A stretch of DNA of 57,289 nucleotides from the NCBI GenBank assembly GCA_003599175.1, contig QZIY01000013.1, forward strand, positions 1-57,289, in the 5' to 3' direction. The translations under genes and the position numbers were made by a program. The stretch is from Candidatus Parcubacteria bacterium. Lineage in GTDB: Bacteria > Patescibacteriota > Minisyncoccia > Phycocordibacterales > UBA2100. The notes beneath the pieces were generated by a model that was not told the DNA's origin, made no database searches, and was given only the letters and a program-made list of their open reading frames with translations. Shown in pieces: positions 10,585-20,200 of the stretch; within the stretch, counting starts at the first letter, position 1, and each line of letters begins with the position of its first letter.

Positions 10585-12735
10585 ATGCGCATCATGCGGC
10601 TCTTAGCCGCTCTGGCGGTTTTTTCTATACCGTTTTCTGCTTTTGCAGCCGCTGTTCCTACCGGCGGATCGCCATTTTCGCAGGTGAATCCGTTTTCATT
10701 TATTACTGATTCCTCGCATGCTCCCATAAGTGCTACGATCACTCCTTCTGCGCAAGTCGCCGCAACAGAAGCGACCCAACAAGCAACAAACGTAGGCACG
10801 AGCGACATTTGTTATGACGAAGCGGTTTCTATTAAAGATGGGAAGCAAGTGGCGACCCCATCCAAGGGAAAAAATTTTGATGAGTGCAAAAAACAGAAGA
10901 TTACGAAAGCAGATTGTTCCAACAAAACAAAAGCAGCCCTCGTCGGTAAGACGACCTACACGGTACTTGGCTCTGATAAACCAACGACGATTAGCCGTTG
11001 CGAGAAACAGCCGACTTCCAGCGCGTCAAAATGCGTTGCGATCGGAGACAGTCTTGCACTTGGTGCCGTGAAAGCAGGTTGCAACAGTGGCGGTAGTGTT
11101 TCGAGCAGCGGGTGTGATGTTGCGAAAATGGGACCTTCACTTGATCGGCTTGCATGCGGAAGCCGCAACCCGCAAGGGGTTTTGGATGCTATTAAAAATG
11201 CCAGTCCGGAACAATTGAAAGACGCGACAATTGTGCTTTCTCCGGGATGTTCAAACGGTGCGGCTATGTGTAAAGCGTGCGCCAATGACTCTTCCTGCAT
11301 CATTTCGCAGCAATTGAAGGAGCTTGAAAATAAGGGAGTTGATCTCGCAAACGTAAAAGTGATGGGTGTTTCTGAAACGCACGGCACCGTCAACACGGGA
11401 TACCTTGATGGTGTCAATGGTGGGGTAGGGCAAATAGTTAAAGACACTGGTGCCGAATTCCTCGGGCCCCTTCAGAACGTTGCAGGAGACGGCGTGCATG
11501 CGAATAATTATGGCTGGGTTCTCAACGAGATTGGACCTCCAACAGTTGCTATGCAAAACGGCGATTTCGGGAGCCCATTTACTGAGGGTGCCTCGGTGCA
11601 AACGGCAACCGGACCGGATGCTTCAGGCGTGGCTCAAAACTTGGCGCCGATGTGCGATAGTCTCGGTGGTTGCGGTTCAGCCGCATGTAATGTGCCAAAC
11701 CCAAGTCTGACATGTCGCACGAACAATCCGGGCGCTCTCACTTATGCGCCGTGGCAGGCCAAATACGGCGGTGTCCCATGTGGTATGGACAACAACACAA
11801 CTTGTTTCCCCACTATGGAACAGGGAATTGCCGCTCACGGTGGACTTCTCGTTGGTCCCAAATATTACGGATCTGGTGAGGGCACGATCGGTGACGCTGC
11901 AACGAGGTATTCAACGGCGAATCAATCCCAATATGCATCTTTTGTTTCCAACGCCACTGGTATCGGCGTGAACCAACCCGTGGATCCTTCGAACCCTCAA
12001 CAGCTTGGCAGCATTATGATGGCGCAATCGAGATTTGAGAATGGAAGGGGTGTGATATATACTCCCGAACAATTGGAAGCCGGTCTCGCGCTTATGTACA
12101 GCTCACAAACCACGCCTGTTGGATCAAATATCGTTCCGCTCGGCGGTGTTTCGAGCGGATTGGTGGGCAGCACTGTATCTACTCCCGCATCCTCGGGCAC
12201 TCTGACTGGTGAGTGGTCCGCGAGACAGAGCAGCACGAATGTTGTGACAGCTGAACCATATACACCGCCGACTGTGGTTAAGCCGGACTCTGAGACGAAA
12301 GAATATGTCGTTACGTACAAACCATACGAAAGCTCAAATGGTTGGGGTGGGATGAACTCGATGATGATGGGCAACTCTCTCGGCAGTTCGCTCGGCGGAG
12401 GCCTTTTTGGGTCTTCGTGGTCACAACCTTCGTACTCTAATCAAGGGCAATATCGAAATCCGCCTCCGCCACCGGCGAGCGTTTCGATCACGGCAGCACC
12501 TTCAACGGTCAAAAAAGGTGAGCAGATTGCAGTCAATTGGACATCCGAAGCGACGCTTCTCAATCCGCCATGTCGCGTCACCCAAAACGGCACCATTATT
12601 TCAGAATCTAATGCGGGTAGTCGTACCGTCACGACAAGCAGCTCCACGCCATCCACGCTCACGTTCCTCCTGCAGTGCAAAGCGGCGCGCGATGGGCAGA
12701 CTATCCAGCAGCAGGCAGCGGTCAGCGTGCAATAA
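10585..12735 (+). CDS. large secreted Cys-rich protein with GDSL/SGNH-like motif, Pro-rich linker and Ig-like C-terminus
   Basis: Signal peptide MRIMRLLAALAVFSIPFSAFAAAV. Motifs AIGDSLALG, TNNPGALTYAPW, PPPPPA linker. Function unknown. Confidence 0.7.
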   Translation: MRIMRLLAALAVFSIPFSAFAAAVPTGGSPFSQVNPFSFITDSSHAPISATITPSAQVAATEATQQATNVGTSDICYDEAVSIKDGKQVATPSKGKNFDECKKQKITKADCSNKTKAALVGKTTYTVLGSDKPTTISRCEKQPTSSASKCVAIGDSLALGAVKAGCNSGGSVSSSGCDVAKMGPSLDRLACGSRNPQGVLDAIKNASPEQLKDATIVLSPGCSNGAAMCKACANDSSCIISQQLKELENKGVDLANVKVMGVSETHGTVNTGYLDGVNGGVGQIVKDTGAEFLGPLQNVAGDGVHANNYGWVLNEIGPPTVAMQNGDFGSPFTEGASVQTATGPDASGVAQNLAPMCDSLGGCGSAACNVPNPSLTCRTNNPGALTYAPWQAKYGGVPCGMDNNTTCFPTMEQGIAAHGGLLVGPKYYGSGEGTIGDAATRYSTANQSQYASFVSNATGIGVNQPVDPSNPQQLGSIMMAQSRFENGRGVIYTPEQLEAGLALMYSSQTTPVGSNIVPLGGVSSGLVGSTVSTPASSGTLTGEWSARQSSTNVVTAEPYTPPTVVKPDSETKEYVVTYKPYESSNGWGGMNSMMMGNSLGSSLGGGLFGSSWSQPSYSNQGQYRNPPPPPASVSITAAPSTVKKGEQIAVNWTSEATLLNPPCRVTQNGTIISESNAGSRTVTTSSSTPSTLTFLLQCKAARDGQTIQQQAAVSVQ

Positions 12736-12761
12736 TTCAGAAGTTGGTCTACTATCGAGAG

Positions 12762-13190
12762 ATGGCCAAGAAATTTCAAAGGCGAGTCGAAAATTTTCCC
12801 TGCCAGCACTGCGGTGCTCTCGTGGTTGGCAATGGCTATACCAATCACTGCCCGCGCTGTCTTTGGAGTAAGCATGTGGATACCTACCCCGGCGATCGCG
12901 CGGCGAGCTGTGGCGGCATGATGGAGCCCGTTTTGCTTGAAGGCCCAAGTCCCAATTACCGCATTTTGCACAAATGTACTATTTGTGGCGCCGAACGCGT
13001 GAACAAAGTACAAGCCGAAGATTCCACAGAAGCGCTTCTGAACCTCGCCAATAATCCGCATGCGCCGCTCGGCAAGAGTTTCAATGTGGTTACTGGTGAG
13101 GAATTCGATCCGCTCAAAGTAGAGCGCAGTTATGAAAATCCGGACGCTGACATCGGCGATATGGAATCGAATCTTCGGAAAAAGCGCTGA
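12762..13190 (+). CDS. RNHCP-domain Zn-binding protein
   Basis: CQHCG...YTNHCPRCLWSKHVD..PGDRAASCGGMM...CTICG matches my memory of the RNHCP domain. Start set at MAKKFQRR. Confidence 0.65.
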   Translation: MAKKFQRRVENFPCQHCGALVVGNGYTNHCPRCLWSKHVDTYPGDRAASCGGMMEPVLLEGPSPNYRILHKCTICGAERVNKVQAEDSTEALLNLANNPHAPLGKSFNVVTGEEFDPLKVERSYENPDADIGDMESNLRKKR

Positions 13191-13228
13191 TTGCGCCCCG
13201 CGACGGATGTGTCATCATTACATTATCT

Positions 13229-13822
13229 ATGCAATCGAAAAAAATATTCATCCTCCTCGGACATCCTGACAAAAGTGGCATGTGCGGTTCCTTGGCGGAT
13301 GCCTACGAAAAAGGAGCGCGCGACGCGGGGCACACCGTGGAGCGTATGAATATCGGGGAGATGCAGTTTGATCCGATTTTGCACAAAGGGTATCGCGCAA
13401 TGCAGGAGCTCGAACCGGATTTGAAGCGTTTTCAAGAGCTCGTCACCAATTCTGATCATTTTGTCGTGATTTACCCTGTGTGGTGGGTGGGCATGCCCGC
13501 AATTCTCAAAGGCCTGTTCGACCGCGCGTGGCTTCCGGGCTCCGCATTTCGCTATATCAAGACGAAGGCGGGAAAGCGGACAATATTTTGGCACCGCCTT
13601 TTCCGCGGGAAGACGTCTCGTATCATTATGACCAGTGGTACCGCACCCATCTTGGTGCGATTCTTGCCGGGCAACGTCAACGCGCAGCTGCGCTGGGGTA
13701 TTCTCTGGTTTGCCGGATTCAAAGTACGCACCACCTGGTACGGCCCGGCCGAAAACACGCCCGAGCCGACCAAAATGCGCTGGATTAATCAGGTGACTGA
13801 GCTTGGCCGCCGCGGGTGTTAA
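13229..13822 (+). CDS. flavodoxin-like NAD(P)H dehydrogenase (quinone) family protein
   Basis: KIFILLGHPDKSGMCGSLADAYEKGARDAGHTV...FDPIL...HFVVIYPVWW is typical of the Flavodoxin_2/KefF-like fold. Confidence 0.8.
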   Translation: MQSKKIFILLGHPDKSGMCGSLADAYEKGARDAGHTVERMNIGEMQFDPILHKGYRAMQELEPDLKRFQELVTNSDHFVVIYPVWWVGMPAILKGLFDRAWLPGSAFRYIKTKAGKRTIFWHRLFRGKTSRIIMTSGTAPILVRFLPGNVNAQLRWGILWFAGFKVRTTWYGPAENTPEPTKMRWINQVTELGRRGC

Positions 13823-13860
13823 ATGCGTAGTGTCAGGCAAATGAGCAGCGTGTTAAGATA

Positions 13861-13904
13861 ATAACCGTGAATGAGAGCCAATTTGCTTAGATATTCACGA
13901 TTAT
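13861..13904 (+). promoter_or_regulatory. 12-bp inverted repeat (terminator of the upstream gene or fic operator)
   Basis: ATAACCGTGAAT-N20-ATTCACGATTAT (11/12 complementary). A T-run lies 7 nt further on, and TGCTAATAT (-10) lies 8 nt before the fic ATG. Confidence 0.35.
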
Positions 13905-13943
13905 CCTTGCCTTTTTCGTGAAAGAATGCTAATATGGTGCATT

Positions 13944-14822
13944 ATGGCTCGGAAATTCAGTGTATTCGATCAAGTTGCAAAACTGCGCGAACGCTACTAT
14001 CGGGCGTTGCCGGGCAAAGAGTCGCTTATCAAAGTCATTAATGAAGCGGAGATTCCCGAACACGTATACAATTCCAATGCTATTGAAAACAGCACGTTGT
14101 CGCTTGAGGAAACTGAAAAAATTCTTCTTCAAATCGATCTCGATCGTTTTGTGAGCGAGCGCGAACTCTTCGAGGCAAAAAACCTCGCGCGTGTAATGGA
14201 TTATATTGATACAAAAGCGAAAGACGCGGAATTGTCGTTGTCACAGATCCTCTTTTTACATAAAATGCTCATTTCAAATATTCGCGACGAAATCGCGGGG
14301 CGGTTTCGCGCGGAAGGCGAGTGGGTGCGCGTGGGGACCCATATCGGGGCGGATCCGAATGATATTGATCGCTTGCTGACTGATATGCTTATCGAATACC
14401 ACGCCACTAAGGATGCACATATCGTTTCGCGGATTGCAAAATTGCATCTTTCATTCGAATATATCCATCCGTTTTGCGATGGCAATGGCCGTATTGGACG
14501 TGCTGTAAACAACTATGAGCTTATTCGTGAAGGATATGTTCCGATAAACATTGCATTCGCACATCGCGCACGCTACTACGAAGCATTCCGAGAACACGAA
14601 CAGCGCGGGAGCGTGCACATCATGGAAGAAATTATCGGACGCGCGCTCACGGAAAGCTACCACAGACGACTCGCATATATGGAAGGAAAACACGTCATCT
14701 CTCTTCCGGAATACGCGAAAGCTCATAAGCAGAGCTTGTCGAATGTAATCAACAAAGCGCATCGCCAGACGATTCCCGCATTTCGTGAAAAAGGGGAATG
14801 GAAGATAGCTGCCGATGCATAA
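13944..14822 (+). CDS. fic: Fic-domain protein (AMPylase-type), class II with N-terminal inhibitory motif
   Basis: Fic motif HPFCDGNGRIGR. Auto-inhibitory (S/T)xxxE(G/N) present as SNAIEN near the N-terminus. Confidence 0.9.
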   Translation: MARKFSVFDQVAKLRERYYRALPGKESLIKVINEAEIPEHVYNSNAIENSTLSLEETEKILLQIDLDRFVSERELFEAKNLARVMDYIDTKAKDAELSLSQILFLHKMLISNIRDEIAGRFRAEGEWVRVGTHIGADPNDIDRLLTDMLIEYHATKDAHIVSRIAKLHLSFEYIHPFCDGNGRIGRAVNNYELIREGYVPINIAFAHRARYYEAFREHEQRGSVHIMEEIIGRALTESYHRRLAYMEGKHVISLPEYAKAHKQSLSNVINKAHRQTIPAFREKGEWKIAADA

Positions 14823-14836
14823 TTGAAAAAATCTTT

Positions 14837-15940
14837 ATGGCTTCGATACAAATCGGACTTGTGGGGCTCCCGAATGTGGGGAAATCCACGCTTTTTAATG
14901 CGCTGACGCGCAAGGGGGTTTTGATTGCCAATTACCCGTTTGCCACGATCGATCCGTCGGTCGGCGTCGTGGCCGTACCGGATCACCGCCTGGATGCACT
15001 CACCAAGATGAGCAGCTCCGCGAAGCGTGTGCCTGCAATTGTCGAATTCGTCGACATCGCCGGGCTCGTCAAAGGTGCTTCGGAAGGAGAGGGACTGGGT
15101 AATCAATTCCTCTCACATATTCGCGAAGTCGATGCGATTCTTGAAGTCGTCCGCATTTTCGAAGACGAGGATGTGCATCACGTCGCAGGTAGTGTAGATC
15201 CTCGCTATGACGCAGAAGTGATCGACCTCGAATTGATCCAATCGGATTTGCAGAGCGCGCAGAAGCGCCTGGAGCGACTTGAGCGCGATGCGCGGGGAGG
15301 AGACAAGGATATTATTGCGGAGCGAGATGTGCTTAGAAAAATCGTCCCCGTGCTTGAGCAAAACAAACCAGCCCGCACCGTGAGTCTCTCCGAAGAAGAA
15401 AAGAAAATTTCACGCACTTTGCATCTCCTCACCATGAAGCCGGTCCTCTACGCGCTCAATAGGAAGAGTGGCGCGCTCAACATCGATGCGGAAGCAGGGG
15501 AGCGGTGGCGACAGCTCCAGCAATACTTCGAAGATCAGGGTGCGCAGTATGTGTTTGTCGACGCGGGCGTTGAGAACGAGCTGGCCGATGTAGGAGACGA
15601 CGAACGCGCGGATTTCCGCCGCGAGCTGGGCGTATCCGAAGACGGACTCGATGCACTGATTCGCGCGAGCTACCGACTTCTCGATCTGATTTCATTTTTC
15701 ACGACTGGTCCGACAGAATCACGGGCATGGACGATAAAGCGCGGCTCTACGGCGCCCGAAGCCGGTGCAGCCATTCACACCGATTTCCGCGACAAATTCA
15801 TCCGCGCAGAAGTCGTTGTCTGGGACAAACTGCTTGAGGCCGGCAGCTGGGGCAAGGCGCGCGAAAAAGCGACGCTCCGCACTGAGGGTAAGGAATACAT
15901 CGTCCAGGATGGCGATGTCATAGAGTTTTTGCACAGCTAA
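14837..15940 (+). CDS. ychF: ribosome-binding ATPase YchF
   Basis: MASIQIGLVGLPNVGKSTLFNALT, plus C-terminal TGPTESRAWTIKRGSTAPEAGAAIHTDF. Confidence 0.95.
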   Translation: MASIQIGLVGLPNVGKSTLFNALTRKGVLIANYPFATIDPSVGVVAVPDHRLDALTKMSSSAKRVPAIVEFVDIAGLVKGASEGEGLGNQFLSHIREVDAILEVVRIFEDEDVHHVAGSVDPRYDAEVIDLELIQSDLQSAQKRLERLERDARGGDKDIIAERDVLRKIVPVLEQNKPARTVSLSEEEKKISRTLHLLTMKPVLYALNRKSGALNIDAEAGERWRQLQQYFEDQGAQYVFVDAGVENELADVGDDERADFRRELGVSEDGLDALIRASYRLLDLISFFTTGPTESRAWTIKRGSTAPEAGAAIHTDFRDKFIRAEVVVWDKLLEAGSWGKAREKATLRTEGKEYIVQDGDVIEFLHS

Positions 15941-15967
15941 CTATATCTTTGTGATATATTTATACAT

Positions 15968-16207
15968 ATGAAGAGATTGAGTCTAGAAGGGAAGGTTGAT
16001 CTAATTTTGAAAACTGTCGTGACAATGGGAGAAGAGGTGCGGGAGATCAAAGAAACGATGGCCACAAAGGATTATGTTGATCAGAAAACAGGAGAGGTCA
16101 TTAGAGAAGTTCGAGCAATTTCAAAAGCTGTCGACAAAGATGCTGTGACTATAATCAATCACGAAAAACGCATCACTAGAATAGAAAAGCGCTTTGCATT
16201 GAAATAA
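15968..16207 (+). CDS. small coiled-coil protein, paralogue family member 1 (79 aa)
   Basis: C-terminal block ISKAVDKDAVTIINHEKRITRIEKR is shared with ORFs at 45847-46200, 42168-42488 and (weaker) 40495-40749. 1-nt gap to the next gene. Confidence 0.6.
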   Translation: MKRLSLEGKVDLILKTVVTMGEEVREIKETMATKDYVDQKTGEVIREVRAISKAVDKDAVTIINHEKRITRIEKRFALK

Positions 16208-16208
16208 C

Positions 16209-17174
16209 ATGGAACATAAAGCAAAGGTAACTCCTAAGGATTTCTTTTTGTGGGTCGGGGCAATGGTGGCGCTCTACGCGGGTGTCGTTGCATTCGTCTC
16301 GCTTATCTTCGATTACATCAATTACGTCTTCCCGAGCCGCATAAGCAACGCGTACTACTACGCCAATCCCTACGATTCGATTAGCTACGAAATGGCGTCG
16401 CTCATCGTGCTCACGCCGCTTGCCCTCTTTCTTATGCGCACCATCCGCAAGGGTATGGCGGCAGATCATTCACGCCGCGACATTTGGATTCGCCGCTGGG
16501 CACTCTATCTCACCGTCTTTATCGCGGGCGTCACCTTTGTCATCGACCTTATCGTGCTCCTCAATACATATCTCCAGGGCGAAGATCTCACCATCGGCTT
16601 CCTCCTCAAGGTACTCACAGTACTTCTCGTCGCAGGTCTCGGCTTCATGCACTTCCTCGCCGATATCTGGGGCTATTGGGATAAACACCCTGAATACGCA
16701 AAGTCGGTCAATTATGCCGTCGGCGCTCTGATCATTGTCTCGATCATCGCCGGGTTCTTTATCGTCGGCTCGCCACAAGAGATGCGTGAGCGCAAGCAAG
16801 ATGCCGTGCGCCTCGATCACTTGCAGCAGATCCAGTGGCAGATCGTGAATCACTGGCAGCAAAAGGAGCGCTTGCCGATGACACTCGCAGATCTCAATGA
16901 TGCAATCAGTGGCTTTCAGGCACCCGTAGATCCGAAGACGGGCGAACAATACCAGTATCGCCAGAGCGGCGCCATGTCGTTCGAATTGTGCGCGACGTTT
17001 GCGAAGGATGGCGGCAATCAAGGAGGCAGGATGGAATTCGCTGTTGATTCAATGGCGCCGGTCAAGGGTGTCTCCGATAATTGGCAGCACGGTGCAGGTC
17101 GCTCCTGCTTCGAGCGCACCATCGATCCCGAGCTCTATCCGCCCGTATCAAAAACGCGTCCTGTCGCGATGTAG
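16209..17174 (+). CDS. multi-TM membrane protein (DUF5671-like N-terminus) with pilin-like C-terminal domain
   Basis: Several hydrophobic helices. The start KDFFLWVGAMVALYAGVVAFVSLIFDYINYVFP resembles DUF5671 proteins common in Parcubacteria. C-terminus LPMTLADLND...PVDPKTGEQYQY...FELCATF. Confidence 0.65.
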   Translation: MEHKAKVTPKDFFLWVGAMVALYAGVVAFVSLIFDYINYVFPSRISNAYYYANPYDSISYEMASLIVLTPLALFLMRTIRKGMAADHSRRDIWIRRWALYLTVFIAGVTFVIDLIVLLNTYLQGEDLTIGFLLKVLTVLLVAGLGFMHFLADIWGYWDKHPEYAKSVNYAVGALIIVSIIAGFFIVGSPQEMRERKQDAVRLDHLQQIQWQIVNHWQQKERLPMTLADLNDAISGFQAPVDPKTGEQYQYRQSGAMSFELCATFAKDGGNQGGRMEFAVDSMAPVKGVSDNWQHGAGRSCFERTIDPELYPPVSKTRPVAM

Positions 17175-17211
17175 TTTTTCGGCTTCACTAAGCTTGTGAT
17201 AGTGTGTCTCC

Positions 17212-20200
17212 ATGAAGCAGTACGATCATACAAAGATCGAAAAAAAGTGGCAGAAAGCTTGGGCGGATGCGGAACAGTATAAGACTCCCGATCAGGTAAA
17301 AGGAAAAGATAATTTCTACCTCCTCGTCGAATTCCCGTACCCATCGGGCAATCTCCACGTAGGACACTGGTACGCTTTTGCGGTGCCCGATATGCTCGCG
17401 CGCTTGCACCGGATGAACGGGAAAAATGTGATGTATCCGATCGGCTTCGATGCTTTTGGCCTACCGGCAGAAAACGCAGCGATCAAAAATAAACTCAATC
17501 CGCGCACATGGACCGAGCAGAATATCGCGCACATGAAAAATCAGATTGCGTCGATGGGTACATCTTTCGACCTCTCGCGCATGGTTTCCACCATCGACCC
17601 TGCGTACTACAAATGGACACAGTGGCAGTTCCTCCAGTTCTTCAAAAAAGGATTGGCGTATCAGAAAGACACGCCGGTCAATTGGTGCCCCAATGACAAG
17701 ACCGTCTTGGCCAACGAGCAGGTGGTGACCCGTTCGACAAGCTCAGGGCAAGTGGCAACATGCGAACGCTGTGGCCACGAAGTGGTGCAAAAGCAAATGC
17801 TCCAGTGGAACATCAAGATCACCGACTATGCCGATCGGCTCGTCGATGATCTCGACCCCCTGGATTGGCCGAATGAAATCAAAGAATCCCAGCGCAATTG
17901 GATCGGCCGCTCGGAAGGTGCGGAGATCGATTTCCCGCTTGAAATTGGCGACAACAAAAAATACAAGTATGTGATTTTGCATGGCTTCCAGAGCAGCCCC
18001 GATCGTCCACGTTGGCTGTGGCTCAAATCAGAACTCGAAAAATCAGGGCACGAAGTCGTTATGCCTTCGCTTCCGAATCCTGATGACCCGAGCGAACAGG
18101 AGTGGGTTGAAACAGCCATCAATGCCACGACATATGATGAAAACACGGTACTGGTTGGACATAGTCTTGGCGCTGTCACCGCCCTTAAGGTCGTAGAGCG
18201 ACTCAAGAAACCAATTTTCCGTCTTGTCACGGTCGGTGGATTCGCGAACCGCGAATTTAAAGATAAGAAACGTCCGTTTGAGGAAACGTGGAAATGGGAA
18301 TTCGACGGAGAAAAGATTCGCTCAAAAACTAAAGCAATAACCGTTTTACATGATCCCAAAGATCACGCGATTTCAGATGCGCAAGCCAAAAAACTTGCCG
18401 ATTTACTTGGTGTTGCGGTAACCACAGGCACCTCAACAAAGTCGCATTTTGCAGGCGATAAGGAACCAGATGTGTTGATGTGGCTACGCCCGACGATTCG
18501 TGTCTTTACGACGCGCCCTGACACCCTCTTCGGCGCCACCTATCTCGTCCTTGCTCCTGAACATCCGTGGGTCGCGCTCGCGCTTCAGCACAAGACCGTA
18601 CTGAAGAACAACGACGAAGTGCAGAAGTACGTCGATAAGGCTAATAAGAAGACTGATCTGGAGAGGCAGGAGAGCAAGGAGAAAACAGGCGTGAAGCTCG
18701 AGGGAATCGAAGCGATCAATCCGGCGAGTGGAGAAAAAATCCCGCTCTTCGTGGCCGACTACGTACTTAGTCACTATGGCACCGGCGCGATTATGGCCGT
18801 GCCCGCGCACGACGAGCGCGACTTTGAATTTGCGCAAAAATTCGATTTGCCAATTCCGCAAGTCGTTGCTCCCGTTATTCACGTGACAAAGGGCGGGGAC
18901 GCGGTACGAGAAGGCGAGCCAATGAAGAAGCGCGATGCGGTGATGGCAATAGTGAAGCATTGGGAGAAGGATGAATACCTATGTATCGAATGGAAGGAGT
19001 TTGATGAGATTCGCACCTTTATCTCAGGAGGTATTGAGGAGGGCGAAGATGTTGTTGAGGCAGGGAAGCGAGAGATTGCGGAAGAATCGGGTTACAAGAA
19101 CGCAAAGTTCATCCGGAGCGTAGGACAGGTGCAATTTGTCGAGTTCTACCACCAGGCGAAGAAGGGGAACGTTCGAGCCAAAATGCACTACCTCTATTTT
19201 GAGTTGGAAAATGGAGAGCAAGAACCGCTTTCGGCGGAGGAAGATGCAAAGCACTCAATCGTGTGGAAGAAGCGCGACGAAGTCAGATCATTTCTTACCA
19301 TCAACGAAATCGGTCTCATTTGGGACCAGCTCGAACATGGCAATAGGCCCTACGTGGGTGCTGGAGAACTCATCAATTCGGGTGAATTTGATGGTCTTTC
19401 TATTGAGGGAGCGAAAAAGAAAATGACAGCCGCGTTTGGACGGGAAAAGAAGACCTATCGATTGCGAGATTGGATCGTGTCGCGACAGCGCTATTGGGGT
19501 GTGCCGATCCCTATTGTGCACTGCGATAATTGCGGCCCTGTGGCCGTGCCAGATGATCAGCTCCCTGTCAGGTTGCCGGATGTGGAGGATTATCTGCCGA
19601 GCGGGGAAGGGAAGTCACCGCTTGCGAAAGTCGATTCATTCGTACATACCACATGCCCGAAATGCGGCGGGGAAGCGAAGCGGGAGACAGACACACTCGA
19701 TACATTCGTCGATTCATCCTGGTACTTCCTCCGCTATACCGATCCGCATAACAGTGAACAGTTTGCAGAGAACAGTAAACAGAAGAATTGGATGCCGATC
19801 GATTTATATAGCGGCGGCGCAGAACACACGACGATGCACGTCCTCTACAGCCGTTTCTGGCACAAGGCGCTTTTCGATCTCGGCCTCGTCGCCGATGCGG
19901 AGCCGTATACGCGCCGCATGAATCGCAGCATCATTCTTGGTCCTGATGGTCAGAAAATGAGTAAATCCCGTGGCAACGTGATCGATCCTGATGCGGTCGT
20001 CGCACAGCTTGGCGCCGATACGGTGCGCATGTATTTGGCATTTATTGGGCCGTACAACGAAGTGGGGAGCTATCCGTGGAATCCCGATGGGGTGGTGGGC
20101 GTCCGCCGCTTTTTGGAGCGCTTATGGAAGGCGCAGCAATATGTGCAAAAAGAGGAAGTGGCTTCGCTTCAGAATGTGCTCCACAAGACGATCAAAAAAG

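Noticed and set aside
12441-13061. 206-aa minus-strand ORF
   Set aside because: It is antisense to the end of the secreted protein gene and the RNHCP gene, with no motifs.
13223-13840. 205-aa minus-strand ORF
   Set aside because: It is antisense to the flavodoxin-like NAD(P)H dehydrogenase gene, and only the plus frame shows family motifs.
17941-19360. Inteins as an explanation for the extra ~300 aa in LeuRS
   Set aside because: The insert boundaries lack intein signatures (no Cys/Ser/Thr +1 residues with a terminal HN, no LAGLIDADG/HNH core). The inserts carry complete hydrolase motifs instead.
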